NCBI GenBank assembly: GCA_949358305.1
Contig: OX442314.1
Coordinates: 6,138,001-6,202,000 of the forward strand
From: Strigamia acuminata
Taxonomy: Eukaryota
DNA: 64,000 nt
Direction of reading: 5' to 3'
In this document: piece after piece, positions 19,211 to 32,811 of the stretch
How positions within the stretch are numbered: position 1 is the stretch's first letter
Layout of the letters: each line of letters begins with the position of its first letter
Notes under the pieces: model-generated
The model's database searches: none
Told to the model about the DNA's origin: nothing
Seen by the model: only the letters and a program-made list of their open reading frames with translations
Made by a program: the position numbers and the translations under genes

Positions 19211-20082
19211 TGGAATGTTCGGCATTCTAATTCTGTATATGATAAATAATGAAATGAGAAGGAAGACACTAGCAATGAACACGATTGACTCGGTTCTGAA
19301 TTGACGTATGGCGGTGAGTCGTTCTGCTTCAGCGCTCGTCGCGTGTTCGGCGTCGATTCTAAATTGCACGCGGGCTTCGTTCCGCATCTTGGTTCTCGTC
19401 GCTGGCAACGAGACGTCTGGAACGGCAATCATCTCTAAATATTCTGGCGCGTTTCCTGGTTCGTTGGCTGCAACGTCCGGGATTTCCTCGCAAATCTCGG
19501 GAATAACTTCAAGTGAGATCTGACCACTCATACGAGCGGTTACACAGTAGGAACGGATCTCCGTTAATTCAATCAGGAATTCCTGAATCAATTTACCGTT
19601 CAAACCGGGCAGCTTGGGGTGATTCCTTCCTTCGTTTCTTCGCTTGCTGCGGCGTCAGAAGAGCGTCGAAGCCGTGGCTGACTGGGTTCACGAGACTCTT
19701 GCTTGGAAAAGAGTTTTATCCCTATCTTCTTCGCGGTGAAGATAGCCAAAAGTGTCTTTGAATATTGTGACAAATATTCAAAGAAGAGGCTGAATTATTC
19801 TCAATAACAATACAATTTCAATGATAAAGGTTGCAGTGTTGTTTTGAGCTGTTTCAGGTTCAAGTGTTGGGTTCAGACTGAATGTTAGAGAGGATTCTCC
19901 TCATGTTAACAGGATGTAGCATTTCCTGTAGCCCTAGATTTCCTCTGTTCCCACCAAAATTATAGGGGCTACATCCTGTGATCCCTGGATAATTTTGCAA
20001 CTCTTTTAGCACCAAATAAATTCATTACAAAATTACAATATTAAGGAAATTTCTTTATTCATAGTAATTTGGGATTACCACA

Positions 20083-20368
20083 ATTGTTACAAACAGTTAC
20101 AACACACAGAATTCTTTACTGTGTGTTGAAACACTACTTTTTTTTATTTTTTTTAAAAAAAAGGCCAATTTTATCATTACACTTGGTGAATAGGCTGCTG
20201 GACATGTGACATGGGACATCATGAATAGTGAATTATGAATTATGAGTAGTAATGATGTCATATGTCACAAGTATAATGATAAAATTGGCTTTTTTACTCA
20301 AAAAATAAAAAAGTAGTGTTACAACACACAGTAAAGAATTCTGTGTGTTGTAACTGTCTGAAACAATG
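20083..20368. mobile_element. MITE-like foldback element
   Basis: ~100-bp imperfect inverted arms (ACAGTTACAACACACAGAATTCTTTACTGTGTGTTG / CAACACACAGTAAAGAATTCTGTGTGTTGTAACTGT). Confidence 0.65.
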
Positions 20369-21535
20369 TGAAAGAGAGGTGCATTTAAATATAAGAAAAA
20401 ACATTGTTTAGGTTATCTAAATACTTTATTTAAAAAAATTTAAACAATTGTGGATTGCGCACTCCTTTAGTCTCTTTGTTAGCTTAAGGCATTAAAAACC
20501 TGTGAGATTGAGTGCAGCGTTTTCTATTGGTTTCTGGATATCTCTAAGCGCTGAAATTAGTGGGATTAATGAAATAGCGCTGTGGGTATCATGTAGTTAA
20601 GATCAAGTGTACAAGAAGAAATGATCTTTCAAACAGAAAAAGTTGCTGCTAAGGGTGGTGACGCTTTCAGTCGGTGTAGAAACAATTGTTTAGAGTTTAT
20701 GGTTGGAGACTTTCTTCCCTTCAGCACTGGTCTCCTTTGTTTTCTAATAACTTAGGGTAAAGAGGCGTGTTTACTGACTGACAATTCATAGTTTGGCTGA
20801 CAGGACTTAAACGATTAATTCTTTTAGCAATATTTTGATGGAATTTTGAAAATATCAGTTTTTTTTATTGGCTTTCTGTACTTACAGTTTCCAAGTTGCA
20901 TTTCGTGGATCCGTGGTACTCGATCTGTTTCGTCTTGCCACTGCAATGCGTTATATTGATGTTGTCTGTTGGGAGACTTTTTTTAAATTAATGACAGCTT
21001 AAATAAATTATCACAATGGCACGAGTCAAATTAATAATTGAAAAGTTGGTTTCAACTACCGGTAATCACCAGTTGAATGTCAGGAAACCAATCATTAAAA
21101 ATGTTTTGAAAGACATTTGTCAGAAGAAATAATTATGTTTAATGACTATGTAGTGCACGTTTCTTCTCCAAACTTGTTGTTGAAAATTCTATTGACATTT
21201 TTCGTGTCAGCATATTCGACGACGCAAAATGCTATTTTGCTATTTTGTGAATTTCAGATAAATTTATTAAAATTTGTTAAGAAATTATGAAAAAGTATTG
21301 AAATTTGTACCTTTTTGTTTGGGACTCTGTGCTGTACGATTTAAATGTCAACGGATATTGGGTCACGTGTCAAAAGTGTCAAAGTGTCAAAAAAACAAAA
21401 AAAAACGCAGAAATCACATGTAAAAATTAAATGCACGCATGAATGAGCAGATTAAAACATGACTAGGGAATCATCAAAGGATTTCTTTTAAATCTTTACC
21501 TTCGAGTTTAATTTTTATCATTTTTCATTGTTATA

Positions 21536-21812
21536 CAGGGTGTCCCAAAAGTCTGGATTCTTCCAAATATTTCCTGAGCAATTGCATCTAGGCCAACTTT
21601 GATGAAGCGATCATATACAATTAGGAAGTTGGGCGAGAGCAACCCAATGTTGTCATCAAATTTGTTAACTTAAGATGACTAAGATAAGTTGGATAGTACT
21701 GATTTGATGGTGCTCTACAACTTTGTAATTGGAAATTTTGCTCTAACCTGATTGGTTTAGAAGTTAGCAAGTGAATGACCTTGAAAATGGCCTTCAAGGT
21801 CAAGTTTGATGA
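21536..21812. mobile_element. Rearranged fragment of the same Tc1/mariner-type element as 1-601
   Basis: Starts TA|CAGGGTG; the first part is the reverse complement of 480-601, the second part a direct match to ~345-492. Confidence 0.6.
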
Positions 21813-22630
21813 CAAGAAACATGGCAAGAAACCGCACAAGGAAGCCTCCGACACAACAATTCCTAGAATTTTAGTATAAAAAAGTAAAAACCATGAATAA
21901 AAATACATTACAATACGGGATTAATAACAATTTCTTTTAATATAGTGAACCAACCACGCAGAAAGTTTCGTTGAGCCAGACGTGTCAATCAGGTGATGTT
22001 GTAATACCTCTATCGAAATTTGACTTGGTCAGTCAATTTTTTTTCCCCAACAATTTTCTAGATCTGTAATTTATGGTGTTAGAAGTTTTAGTGAAGAATT
22101 TGACTGTGGGACGAAAATTACGATAGAATGAACCTATTAATGTTTATGAGTTATTTTTTATTTATTCTTTTAAAAGATGAAGTGTGCATTCTAATTTAGT
22201 CACAACAACAATTTTTGCTCAATAATATGAAATGTGTTACATCAATAGGTAAAAGTACAAACTTACACAAGTTACCCAACTAAATATAAAATTGGGAACA
22301 GAAATAGCTTTAGTTTTTTTGCATTGAAACAAATATACGACGTCTCAAACGTGTGTTTATAATTCATTTATCAATACGATGTATAAAGTTCGTGGGGTGT
22401 TAGAAGGGCACAAAAAAAATCGCACTGGGCGCTCATATCATAAACCTAGAGACAGACTCTGACTTGACAATAATGATTTTTGCTGGTGCATGTTGAACTA
22501 ACAATTCGTGATGATTAAATATACATTTATTTTTTAATTTGTGACAAAAGAAATTTTCAATATTCTTATATGTGCTTAGCTACTACCGGTATTAGTAATA
22601 TCTTATTTACACCCATTAGAGTGTAAATCT

Positions 22631-25600
22631 TCAACCCATATCTTTATTCCGGTACCAATTATAAGCTTTTAAAATCCAATCGTACAAAGAGAGTAGTGAC
22701 ATTCCCAAACCCAGTCCTAGAATGCTACCGAAATCGCTTAAGAATTGAGATATTGGATATGCTTGTTTCTCTTCTACAATCTCTACAGAGCTATCAGCAA
22801 ATTGCAATAATAGACATGTAGACTCATCTTCTAGGTAAGTACTCTCCCGAAAAGTACTTTTGTAAAAAATATGTTTGCAAGGTTGTTTGCATTTGCATTG
22901 TTTTTGGTTCGAGTCAAGATTGCTTAAATACGCAAAATGAGCGGTAGTTACGGCACTTGTAGTGTTACAAACTGGCAAATTAGCTTTTCCCATGTATGGT
23001 AATCTGAAACAAAGAGGAGATTGGTCAAAGATGCAAATGGTTGCAGTTTATCTGCTGAAAAGGGTTAGGCGTTTTTCGAACAGATTCAATCTGTTGATGC
23101 AGCAAATGAATCTTTAATCGCTATCATGTCAAAACATGCTTGCAAGTTTGTGTGTGGTTAATGCTAACGCAATGACCCATTGCCAACCGATAATTGACAT
23201 CGGATTAGCTGATCAGTCGACGTTTAGAACACTAGCTGCATTCAAAAACTCTAAAACGTATGCAAAACTCGTTTCGTGTCTGTACGTGACGTCATTCCCA
23301 TTGAATAACATGGGAATGTTATTCAATGGGAATGACGTCATGTACAAACACGAAACGAGTTTTAGAGGCGTTTTTGAGTTTTTGAATGCAACTAGTGAAA
23401 ATGAAAATGTGTGATAAAATTGAAGCTGATGTATGAAAAGAAATGTGAACTATACCTGCAATTAACACCTCGAAATACATTGTTATGCCAGCAAGCACTT
23501 ATACACTTGAGATGAGCACTTTTGTCCTCTTCACATGGATTGCGCTTTGTATTTCTTCGTAGGATCTGTTTCGTAAAAGGAATCTTAGTATGAGCATTTA
23601 TATAATTATTTCATTTTCTACCTGAACGTCTCGAAGTACTACTTCGATGACAGACGCATTGTTTACGGTAAATGGTGTCAAAATGTTAACTCCCTCATCC
23701 CGATTATTTATGAATAGCTGCGTGTTATTATAATTCAAAATATTGAAAAAATAATTAATACTGTTTGTGCACAAAAAATATTTTTTCTCTTTTTCTATTC
23801 ACAATAAGCAGTAAATGTATATCCGAACAAAACAAACAATTTTTATAACTTTTCTCAAAAAAAGAGTAACCTAAAAACTTTATTTGCTTCTTTGTGGTTG
23901 AATAAATAGACTTTCTCGTTATCTTACTGAATTTAAGAATGCTGCTTAAAAAGACAGGGAGACTGTCAATTTAACACATTCCATTTTGTTTGAAAAATTT
24001 CGGGTGATGTCGAGTGAAAATGTTTTTTTTACACACCTTTAGCTGCGGATCACAAGCTCCTAAAGGAGTTAGATGTCTACTACACTCAATGTAAAGGTTA
24101 ATGGTATTTGTGCTTGTTTTATCTGTAAGTCAGCGAAAAAGTCAGAATTAATTTTCCAACTCTTCTGAAGGAAAGCAATTTTTACAGTTCAATTATTTTG
24201 GAAAAAATAAAAACATTGAAAAATTTCAGAATTCAAAAGTAGACTTTGAATACAACCATTAATTAACTAAAATCAGAAATTAATTTTATAAATTACCATT
24301 CCTTATTTGTGAACAATTACCAAATGGAAGTGAAATAAAATTAGTTGATGGTACCTGTAAACATAAAACTTTTATTGTTTGGTTTTTGTTTGAGGAATAT
24401 GACTTATTATATTACATCATTCTCATTATAGGTACCAATAAGTGTTAGGTCGATACTAAGCGATTCCCAGATGTTTTGCAATGACAATTTGCTGTTGAAC
24501 AATTGCCAGGGTGATATGTTGCCACACGTTTTATTGGGTTGTTTCAGTAAGTGTAATCGGGCTTCACGCATTTCTTCATTTTCTTTTTCGTCACAAATTG
24601 TGACAGAAGGAAAGTCGGAGTAGCGTCGTTGACTTATTCGAACGATTGTTGTGCTCGGTTCATCGAGGTAGTAATTGACACGAATGTGCAGGCAATACAA
24701 AGTAAATCCTGCAACAACTAATACGAATATTAACTTCAACTTTTCTAAGACTGTATGTATTTTGGTTTGCTTCTCAGGTTCATCGACTTTTTTTTTGCAC
24801 ATTTCATACAGACGCCTAATCTTATTGACGGATCTTTTTCGATGAATGTTTGATGCAACATAATATAAATACCAAATGATGTCAGGTAATGAGATTACGG
24901 ATAGCCCAATAAACAAGCCCAGATTGCCTCCTAAATCTGATAGTAAGGCAATAACGTCATATAAGTACCGTTGTTCAAAAACAGTTATTATCTCATCAGT
25001 TATTGCTAATGATAAACTTATCGTTTTATCATTATTAGCTATGCCTAAATCAGTATATGGAGTAAAAGTTATATGTTGACAAGGACGTTGACATCCGCAA
25101 GTAGCAATTGGTTCTTCATATAAAACCATTTTCCAAACGTGATTATACATCTCATCTGTATCATTTCCTATTTTGCAAAGTGGCAAATCTAACTTCAGGA
25201 ACGGAAATCTTGTATAGAATATATTTAATTAGCTGTTTAATTGTGATATCAAAGCAGAAGCATTTTCACCACATGTTCTTACCTGCATTTTAGCTTTTTA
25301 AATTTGTTAAGTAAGCAATTCCGATAGCATTCTCTGTATTCGTCTTCGTTAGAGCATGAACTGATCGGTGAATTTTGCAATATGAACTGCAATTGAATAA
25401 ATTAAAAGGTGTTGCCCAGGAATTTCAAGTCCTTAGATAAAACTTTACTTTTTTACAACTAAAATTTATTGTAGATGTTGAACCAGGATTCATCTCTGAT
25501 ACAGCAAAGTAATTTCCAACATTTTTGAATGTCAGCAAAACCTAGGGGCAAAGAGGAAAAAATTAATGTAGCAATTGCTATTGTAATTTAATCAAGTTAC

Positions 25601-26400
25601 CGCATAATAAGGCATATTGCATATCAAGTCGTAATTTTTTTTTAAATTTACTGTCAGTAACTTTCCGACAAATGATTTGCTAGAAGCGTCAGCTATGTCA
25701 ATGAATAATATTAGTGTAACAATGTAGGTATTGATAAATGCTTGTTTGTAGTTACCAAATCGAAATGTTGAACATATTCCGAATGCACTGTCAGTTTCCG
25801 TCTGAACAACAGAATTATTTGAATATCCCTATGCAAATATAGTTTAAATTGTGATTTTTAACTGAATTTCTCTATTGTTTGTTTTTTAATTTTAATTTTT
25901 ACCTTTATTTTTACACTGTCGATGTCATCAGTATTGTTAGTTGCTTTCCAAAGTGTATCCATATTGTAAGTTGGGTTTTTAATTCTCATTAGTGCAAAAA
26001 GCATGTCATTGCATGGAATGGATACTGATGTTTGGTTATTTGCTATAAGAAATTCTTTCCAAAGCCTATTCATTTTTTTTATATCTGAACTACAGACCAT
26101 TAAATCTGGTAAAGTAACATTTTCCGGTCTACTCGTTACGTCGACAGCTGTAGGATAACTGAAGTAATGCATTATTCTGTCATATGTCTGATATGTGAGC
26201 ATGCACATGCAAAATGTGAATAAAAGCAGCCAAAGGATGTGATGTTTGCTCCTCCAACGTTTCCTACTGTTTACGAAATCTTCCAATCCGATTATATCAC
26301 AGTTGGGTTTGTTGGCATAATAATTCAAAAATCGGTGAATTGTCAGACAGAGTTGTCTTTTCCTTCTTCTGTATCTCCACATCAAACTATTATTCTCCAT
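22631..26400 (-). CDS. Tandem double-subunit DEG/ENaC (pickpocket/ASIC-like) channel gene A, multi-exon
   Basis: Exon 26400-25903: TM1 + YFSYPTAV + LPDLMVC. Small exons with GICSTF and Cys-rich thumb. Central exon 25208-24416: CxCxxPC, TM2 LSDLGGNLGLFIGLS, linker, second TM1, FPSVTIC. Further exons (FGNCSQ; C..C...C). Last exon CKCKQPC...LSDFGSILGLGLGMS. GT-AG introns read in frame where I checked. Confidence 0.85.
23231..23396. mobile_element. Hairpin MITE in an intron of gene A
   Basis: Near-perfect palindrome ACTAG.TGCATTCAAAAACTC...GAGTTTTTGAATGCA.CTAGT; absent at the paralogous site in gene B (~39885). Confidence 0.75.
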
Positions 26401-27412
26401 TATTTTGCTACCTTCCAAGCTCGTAGAGTGACTGAATGACTTTGATCTAACTGTTTGTTTGCTTGAGCAAAGATGCAGAGGGATGGCTAAACTGAAAAAC
26501 GAAACAACATCCTTATTTTTTTAACATTGGTTGTTTCATACGCTAGTAAAATCCATCAATTAACCTTTATTCATGTCTTTGGGAGGAATATGGATTAATT
26601 CACTACCAAAGACCAAATAATATTATCGCCTTAAATATAGAAGAGAGAAGTAGACAAACGTTCTAAGCTTTGCTCTGTTTCTAGTTCATGACATGGGTCT
26701 CCAAAATTGTGCCAATTTACAAATATTTCAACAAATTTAACTAACGTCTACATAAATTGACACACACAGAGTTCAATTTTCCATTTTAAATTTACAATCT
26801 GAACAAAAGGTGTTTCTCAATGGCTAATCATAACTTCAGGACACTATTTCCATCTGGTTACGGACATGTTGTTAGTGTTTGTGTGGCGAAAGAGTGTAAC
26901 CGAGGCGCTGTAATCAATTCGACGCTAAATTTAATAATGATATGTGTTAACATGTGTTAATTCTTTTGAATTATCTGTGTGAGTTGTTCCTTATTGGGAA
27001 TTTATGTATTCTTAAATTATGGAACTCTTTTTAACTTGTAACAGGTTTATTTGCGTGAATTACATTTCAAGAAGAAATTGTCATTTCATAGTTAAAATAA
27101 TTTGTCAAACTTTATTAATCATTTATGATACAAATTTTGATGTTATTTAAGTTTATCTTCTTCTCTGGTATAGATATAAGTCCATTCTATAAAAGAGATT
27201 AGGATTTGAGTTTTATTTTATTGAAATTGTTTTCTAATAAATAATTAGAAGCATTTTTTGATTAAAGTTGAGATTTATTTTAAGTATAAATAAGTTTTAC
27301 TTACCTAGGATTGAAGCTAGATGTTCCTGATGCCAGTGTAACCTTAATCTTGTAAAGATGTATGTTAAATAGTATGCAAATACTTCATATTAGCATATAT
27401 TTAAGGGGGACT

Positions 27413-28949
27413 TGTGACGGTTACACTGTCGTGTATTTTGCTAGTTAAAGACATTTATTTTACCCATAGATGGCGCTAGAACGATATAGCGGCAATTTCG
27501 AAGTTTGATTATTTTCAGTAATTAAAATATAAATTATTATTTATATTTTAGTCTGTTTCAGGTCTAAACAGTTATTTAATATATTTTATGTTGTTTTAAC
27601 TAGTTTACTACATAATTCTGTTGAATTATGTATAAATTTTACATCTGATATTCACCCCTCGCCACCCACTGAAAGTTGGACTAATTCCGGATTACAGTCA
27701 AAAGACTTAATCCGAAATGTGTCCTGCGTATCCAGTTCCTGGAACGGACCTAGTAGAGGACTATGTCCTGGCTATCCGCTTCCTAGAGCCTAGGATTGGA
27801 AGGGTTTAGCTGACCAGTGATCCCATTGGATCGATGATCAACCTATTGTCCAGTACGAGTATATATTCCCGTGTAAACCGGATATATCGCTCGCTCTCTT
27901 GTTGGTATTCTGTTCCTGACACCACTTGAACCGGGTCTGGTGGACTTAGGGCCACTTGGGTGAATTTAGTTCACTTTGTTGTACTTAGGGACAATGGATA
28001 GCTGTAGCTATGGAAAGGTAACATTTATCAATTTAACATTTATTCTCAGAATTTCAGTACAGGCCGGATAAGAAATACTTGATATTTAGTGTAAGAATCT
28101 AGAGTGGGTCGAAGATCCACAGACACACTCCCGCCTCTTCATGCCAACATTCCGTTGTAGAAATAAGTGTAGAATCTAGAGTGGAATATTGCAATTTCAC
28201 AGACGCATTATTTGGGTAATCGACGTGGAGTTATTTCACGGTTACTCTCCCGCCAGCCAGAACCGAGTGGAGTAATTTCCCGGTAATGGATAACCTTTCT
28301 TACGAGAAACTGCTGATTCAATTCGCTGTTGGACGATGGAACATCTTAATTATTATTTTGATGTTGATTGCACTTGGGGCAAAAAATAGCTCGGCGCTAT
28401 TTTAATTTATTCTTTATTTTTTCAGTTATTTTATCCCGCTTCGTGAATATAATATCATGTGGAATTCTGTCGAATTTACATGAATATTTATTCAACTTAT
28501 TTCGTCATGTTGATGACCGCGCTTTGCAATTATTATCCATATAATAATTACAAGTGTGACGACTGCAGAAAAGTTAACCGCACCTCTCGGATATAATTCT
28601 AAGCCTAACCATTACACACCTTTTAGATCCAAACCAGAACCAGTTAGATGTAGAAACCATTCGAATCCATACTAAGACGACATCTTTTACGTCCCGACAA
28701 TAAGACCGATACATATTCTTGTTATCCGACTGAAAACCGCAAGTGATATTATTATAGGGCTTTTGCCGACCGATTGTATAGTTTAACTTGCAGAATTTCG
28801 ACCATTTGTCGGTCTAGTATTTATATAAGTTCAAACCGGAATAAATTGTCATAAGATTTGAGAAATCACAAGCCTCCGTATTTTACACTTTCACACAAGT
28901 TCTCGCTCTAATTCTTTAGCAATTGTATCTCGCAAAGTCAATCGTCACA
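27413..28949 (+). mobile_element. Long LTR-like sequence (3' LTR) preceded by a polypurine tract
   Basis: AAGGGGGA then TGTGACGG start; ends CGTCACA; shares motifs (AGATGGCGC, GTATCCAGTTCC) with 58995-60907; absent from the paralogous region upstream of gene B. Confidence 0.6.
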
Positions 28950-29295
28950 ATGTCTTTTGTATCTTTTCATGTCTTTTTTATGTCTTTTATATCTTTTTAT
29001 GTCTTTTGTATCTTTTTATGTCTTTTATATATTTTTATGTCTTTTATATCTTTTTATGTCTCTTATGTCTTTTTATGTATTTTATATTTTTTTATGTGTT
29101 TTATATGTTTTATATCTTTTTATGCCTTTTATATATTTTTACATCTTTTATATCTTTTTATGTCTTTTATGTCTTTTGTATCTTTTTATGTCTTTTATAT
29201 ATTTTTACGTCTTTTATATCTTTTTCATGAAATCTTTATGACTCTTCATGTTCTATTTATGTCTTTTCTATCTTTCTTTTTTTGTTTTTTATGTT
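28950..29295. repeat. T-rich low-complexity/minisatellite (TTTTATGTC/TTTTATATC units)
   Basis: Visible tandem units; produces spurious F/Y/L-rich ORFs in three frames. Confidence 0.9.
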
Positions 29296-30622
29296 TCTGG
29301 GAAGCAAGCTCAGCTATCATCCGTACCCGAAAACAACACCACGGTGTTTTATCTTCATTTCTTTAAAAATGCAATTTTAGAAACATTGTGGAAAAATTGG
29401 AATACAATACCATTTCAGCTGGAATGGCTAAGCCTGTGCGATTATTTTTCCAAGCAAATGTGAATACGATTATAGTATTCACTTGGCTGCGATATGTCAC
29501 AAAAGCAATATATCGCATCGAAAAAGTGATCTCGTAAAGCTTCAAATTGGCGCCTGGTTTGTGTAGGGGCCGGGATCCGTTTAAACGGCGAGAGTGACGG
29601 GCAATAGAGGCAATAACTGTGAAAACTGGCGTTTAAGAGAGTGTGGGGTTGTGTGAGATCGAGGGGGACGACGCGGTGGCGAGAACGCAAGCCAACATTC
29701 AGCGGGAGTTTCGGGCGATGTTGGATGACGCTGAATCGGAAGTGTAGAATTTTTGTCATAAATTATCAGAAATAACCCTTTGTTCCTTTGATTTCGTATA
29801 TGGAGACCACAAAAGACACAATACTGTACAATTGTTCTCGGCCCAAACAGACATGGTTTATTTTCGCAAGACCAGAAAATCGATTAATCAGTAAATACAA
29901 CTACTATCGTTTTTCAACACAAATACAATAAAAACAACTTATGAAAATTCAAAATAAACCCTGTTGCAGCCCAGTGCAAAGCTAAACATGTACAGTGCAA
30001 ATTATTCCTCAAGAAGATTGGCAAATTAAAAAAGGTACTCACACTTTATTGCCTGTTCAGCTGCAAAAACTCATTCATTTAGTAAGCACTGCATATTTCA
30101 TATAAACACACTTCTGGTTTCGTCTGTGAATTTTGTCCGAGACGTCCTGGCACTACGGCATCCTGTTGAAATTACGCAGGGTTGCTTTACGGCTGGCTTC
30201 TCTGCTTGGCAGCCATTCGATCTGATTGCGATATTGGTCGAAAGATCTCGGATTTTGGGCTGATAACTTGAGCTTGGAATAGGACTGCAGTCTATCAAAT
30301 TCTAAACTTGTTTGCTTGCTCCTAACACAGTACAGTTTTGTGTGCTACTATAGCTTGGCTCGGCTGACTGGCAACTGAATGCTATTGCTTTCTTTGGAAT
30401 AAAAGTTTAAGCAAGTTTGTGAATTTTACGATGTTTTTTATTCGTACTTAAAAAGGACATTAATCATTCATGAATTATATTTCCGGTGTTTTAATAATCA
30501 ATACTTTAGATTTTTGCAAAAGAAATATTAATAATATTTTGCAAAGAAATAAGATTACATCTTCCATGCAATTGACACAAATACCAGGAGCGAGTGAGCA
30601 ATATTTGTTCTATGCGCATAAA

Positions 30623-30988
30623 TGCTGGGCGCACACCTACAGCGATTTCGCATCGCGTCGCGATTTCGCAAGCGAAATCGACCTGTGAATCGCACGCAAT
30701 GCTACACTCATGTAGCTATTTCAGCTCTGCGAATTCAATCTTATGACGTCATTCCTGATCCGAAAAACCTGCCGGCCATTTCGGTTGAGAATGTTGATGA
30801 AATGACGTCATTTCACACAGCTCACCGATTGGCTGCGACAAGAATCGCAGGCGAAATAGTACTTGGGACAAGTACTATTTCGCAAAGTAGATTTCAAACA
30901 GGAGCGAAGGAAATAACGTCATCTGCGCATGAGCAATGGCAACGCGATTGCGACGCGATGCGAAATCGTGGTATGTGTGCGCCCAGCA
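30623..30988. mobile_element. MITE with TGCTGGGCGCACAC TIRs
   Basis: TIRs at both ends, flanked by TAAA on each side; absent at the paralogous site ~44830. Confidence 0.8.
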
Positions 30989-32004
30989 TAAAGGAGTTGT
31001 GACATGAAAAATATAACAGGACTTAAAATTGTGTATGTTTGTACGTGGTTATTAAATCTTAAGTCAAATTTTCAGTAAAAAATTTGATAACTGTGACAAT
31101 TGAATTTCATCAATATTAAGAGATTGCCCTTTGCGCTTCACTCCCTTGCATCAAAATCACAATTCTGTGTTGGTGAGGACTCTGTCGATATGCAGCTCTG
31201 ACACAAAATTCTACGAACATTAAGAATTTAGAATCCAACCAAATGTCAGGAAAACTAACATTTATATATCTTAATCATGGATTTTGTTTGTTGGATTTTC
31301 ATCGCCTGCTTAGAGAATAAATTAATTATTTGTTAGAAATAATGTACACCCTGATCCGAATGTGTTTGTAAATATATTTAATGAATTATCCGCGTGGTTT
31401 AATATTTATTGGTATCGATTATTGACGTTCAGTGCTTTGACGTTCGTGAGCTCCTGCAGTGAATGACCTGGCGGCCCGTGATTGGCTGCTACGTTCAATT
31501 AGAAGCAATACTCGTTAAAAACTAATATTGGGTCTTGGCTCCATCTAGCAAATCATTTATGATCATCAATGGATTCCTCGTCAATTTTTACCCTAGTATC
31601 AGGTGTTTTCTAAAATTTTTCTTCAATAAATGCTGTTTAGTGTTTCTTTTTAGTCTAGACTACCGGTAGTGTTCCTCGAAGGGGTCACTTGACACTCGAT
31701 GTATGGAAATTGTCTAGTCATATTTAATTAAGTTTCTCGTTTACCGGTACTGTATATAATTTTTGTTTTATTTTATTTTATTTCATACAACTTTTACTCG
31801 AATTTATACAATTAATAGTCCGATTTGAGAACAAATCATCCCATCCCAAACAATGATAATTTGCTTGGTCCGAAACTGAATGAACGTGTCCCGTCTTAGT
31901 GCACACAAGATGGCGATCTTGTACCGTAACATCGCGTCTGCAGATTTCGCGGCGTCAGCCGCGATGTTGTTGATTCTCAGAAAAGTAACCACAACTAAGA
32001 AACG

Positions 32005-32530
32005 AGGATGCACTTTTTGTAGCCAAAAATGCATTTTTAAGTTCCAAGAATGCACTTTGGTGTCCAAAATGCACTTTTTCGTGTCCAAAATGCACTTTTT
32101 CGTGTCCAAAATGCACTTTTTCATGTCCAAAATGCACTTTTTGGTGCCAAAAATGCACATTTGGATGCCAAAATTGCACTTTTGGGTGCCAAAATTGCAC
32201 TTTTGGGTGCCAAAATTGCACTTTTGGGTGCCAAAATTGCACTTTTGGGTGCCAAAATTGCACTTTTGGTGCCCAAAACGCACATTTGGAGCCAAAATTA
32301 GACGGCGATGCCATGTGGATATTCCAAAAGGCACATTTGTCTGGCCCAAATGCTCTTTGGTGGTAAAAAAAAAAACACTTTTTGGGGCCAGTAATGCACT
32401 TTTTGGTGCCAGTAATGCTCTTTTGGTGTCAAAAATGCACTTTTGGCGCCCAAAACTCACATTTGTGTGGCTCAAATGCTCTTTTGGTGCCCAAAATACA
32501 CGGCGATGCCACGTGGATATCCCAAAATGC
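32005..32530. repeat. 21-bp minisatellite (TGCACTTTTGGGTGCCAAAAT)n
   Basis: Tandem units visible; explains the overlapping heptapeptide-repeat ORFs on both strands. Confidence 0.9.
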
Positions 32531-32811
32531 AGCAAACAAAATCAAACCCTATCGTCGTGTCTGCAGACAAGAGCCAGGGTCGAGCTGTTGCGAGTTGCAA
32601 CAGAAAGTAGAAAATAAATCACTCAATCTAGGATGGACCGCTCTTGGTAAAATGGTGAAAGAGGAATAGGAAATCACGCTGTTTCACAGCCAAACGCGCT
32701 TTTGGGCGGCCATAAAAGTGGTTTTGGGACATCTTAGTGCCCGGTCCCGAAAACTGCCTTAAAATACGTCGGAAAAAAGACCAATTTAATTCGGCAAACG
32801 TGGACAGAAAC

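Noticed and set aside
28923..29366. Hydrophobic 'membrane protein' ORFs
   Set aside because: Arise from a T-rich minisatellite, open in several frames.
30098..30298. 66-aa ORF in sequence conserved with ~44330-44500
   Set aside because: The paralogous copy has an earlier stop and indels; more likely a non-coding 5' exon of the channel genes.
31804..32669. 243-245 aa heptapeptide-repeat ORFs; CRISPR-like appearance
   Set aside because: 21-bp tandem satellite without unique spacers, in a eukaryotic context with no cas genes.
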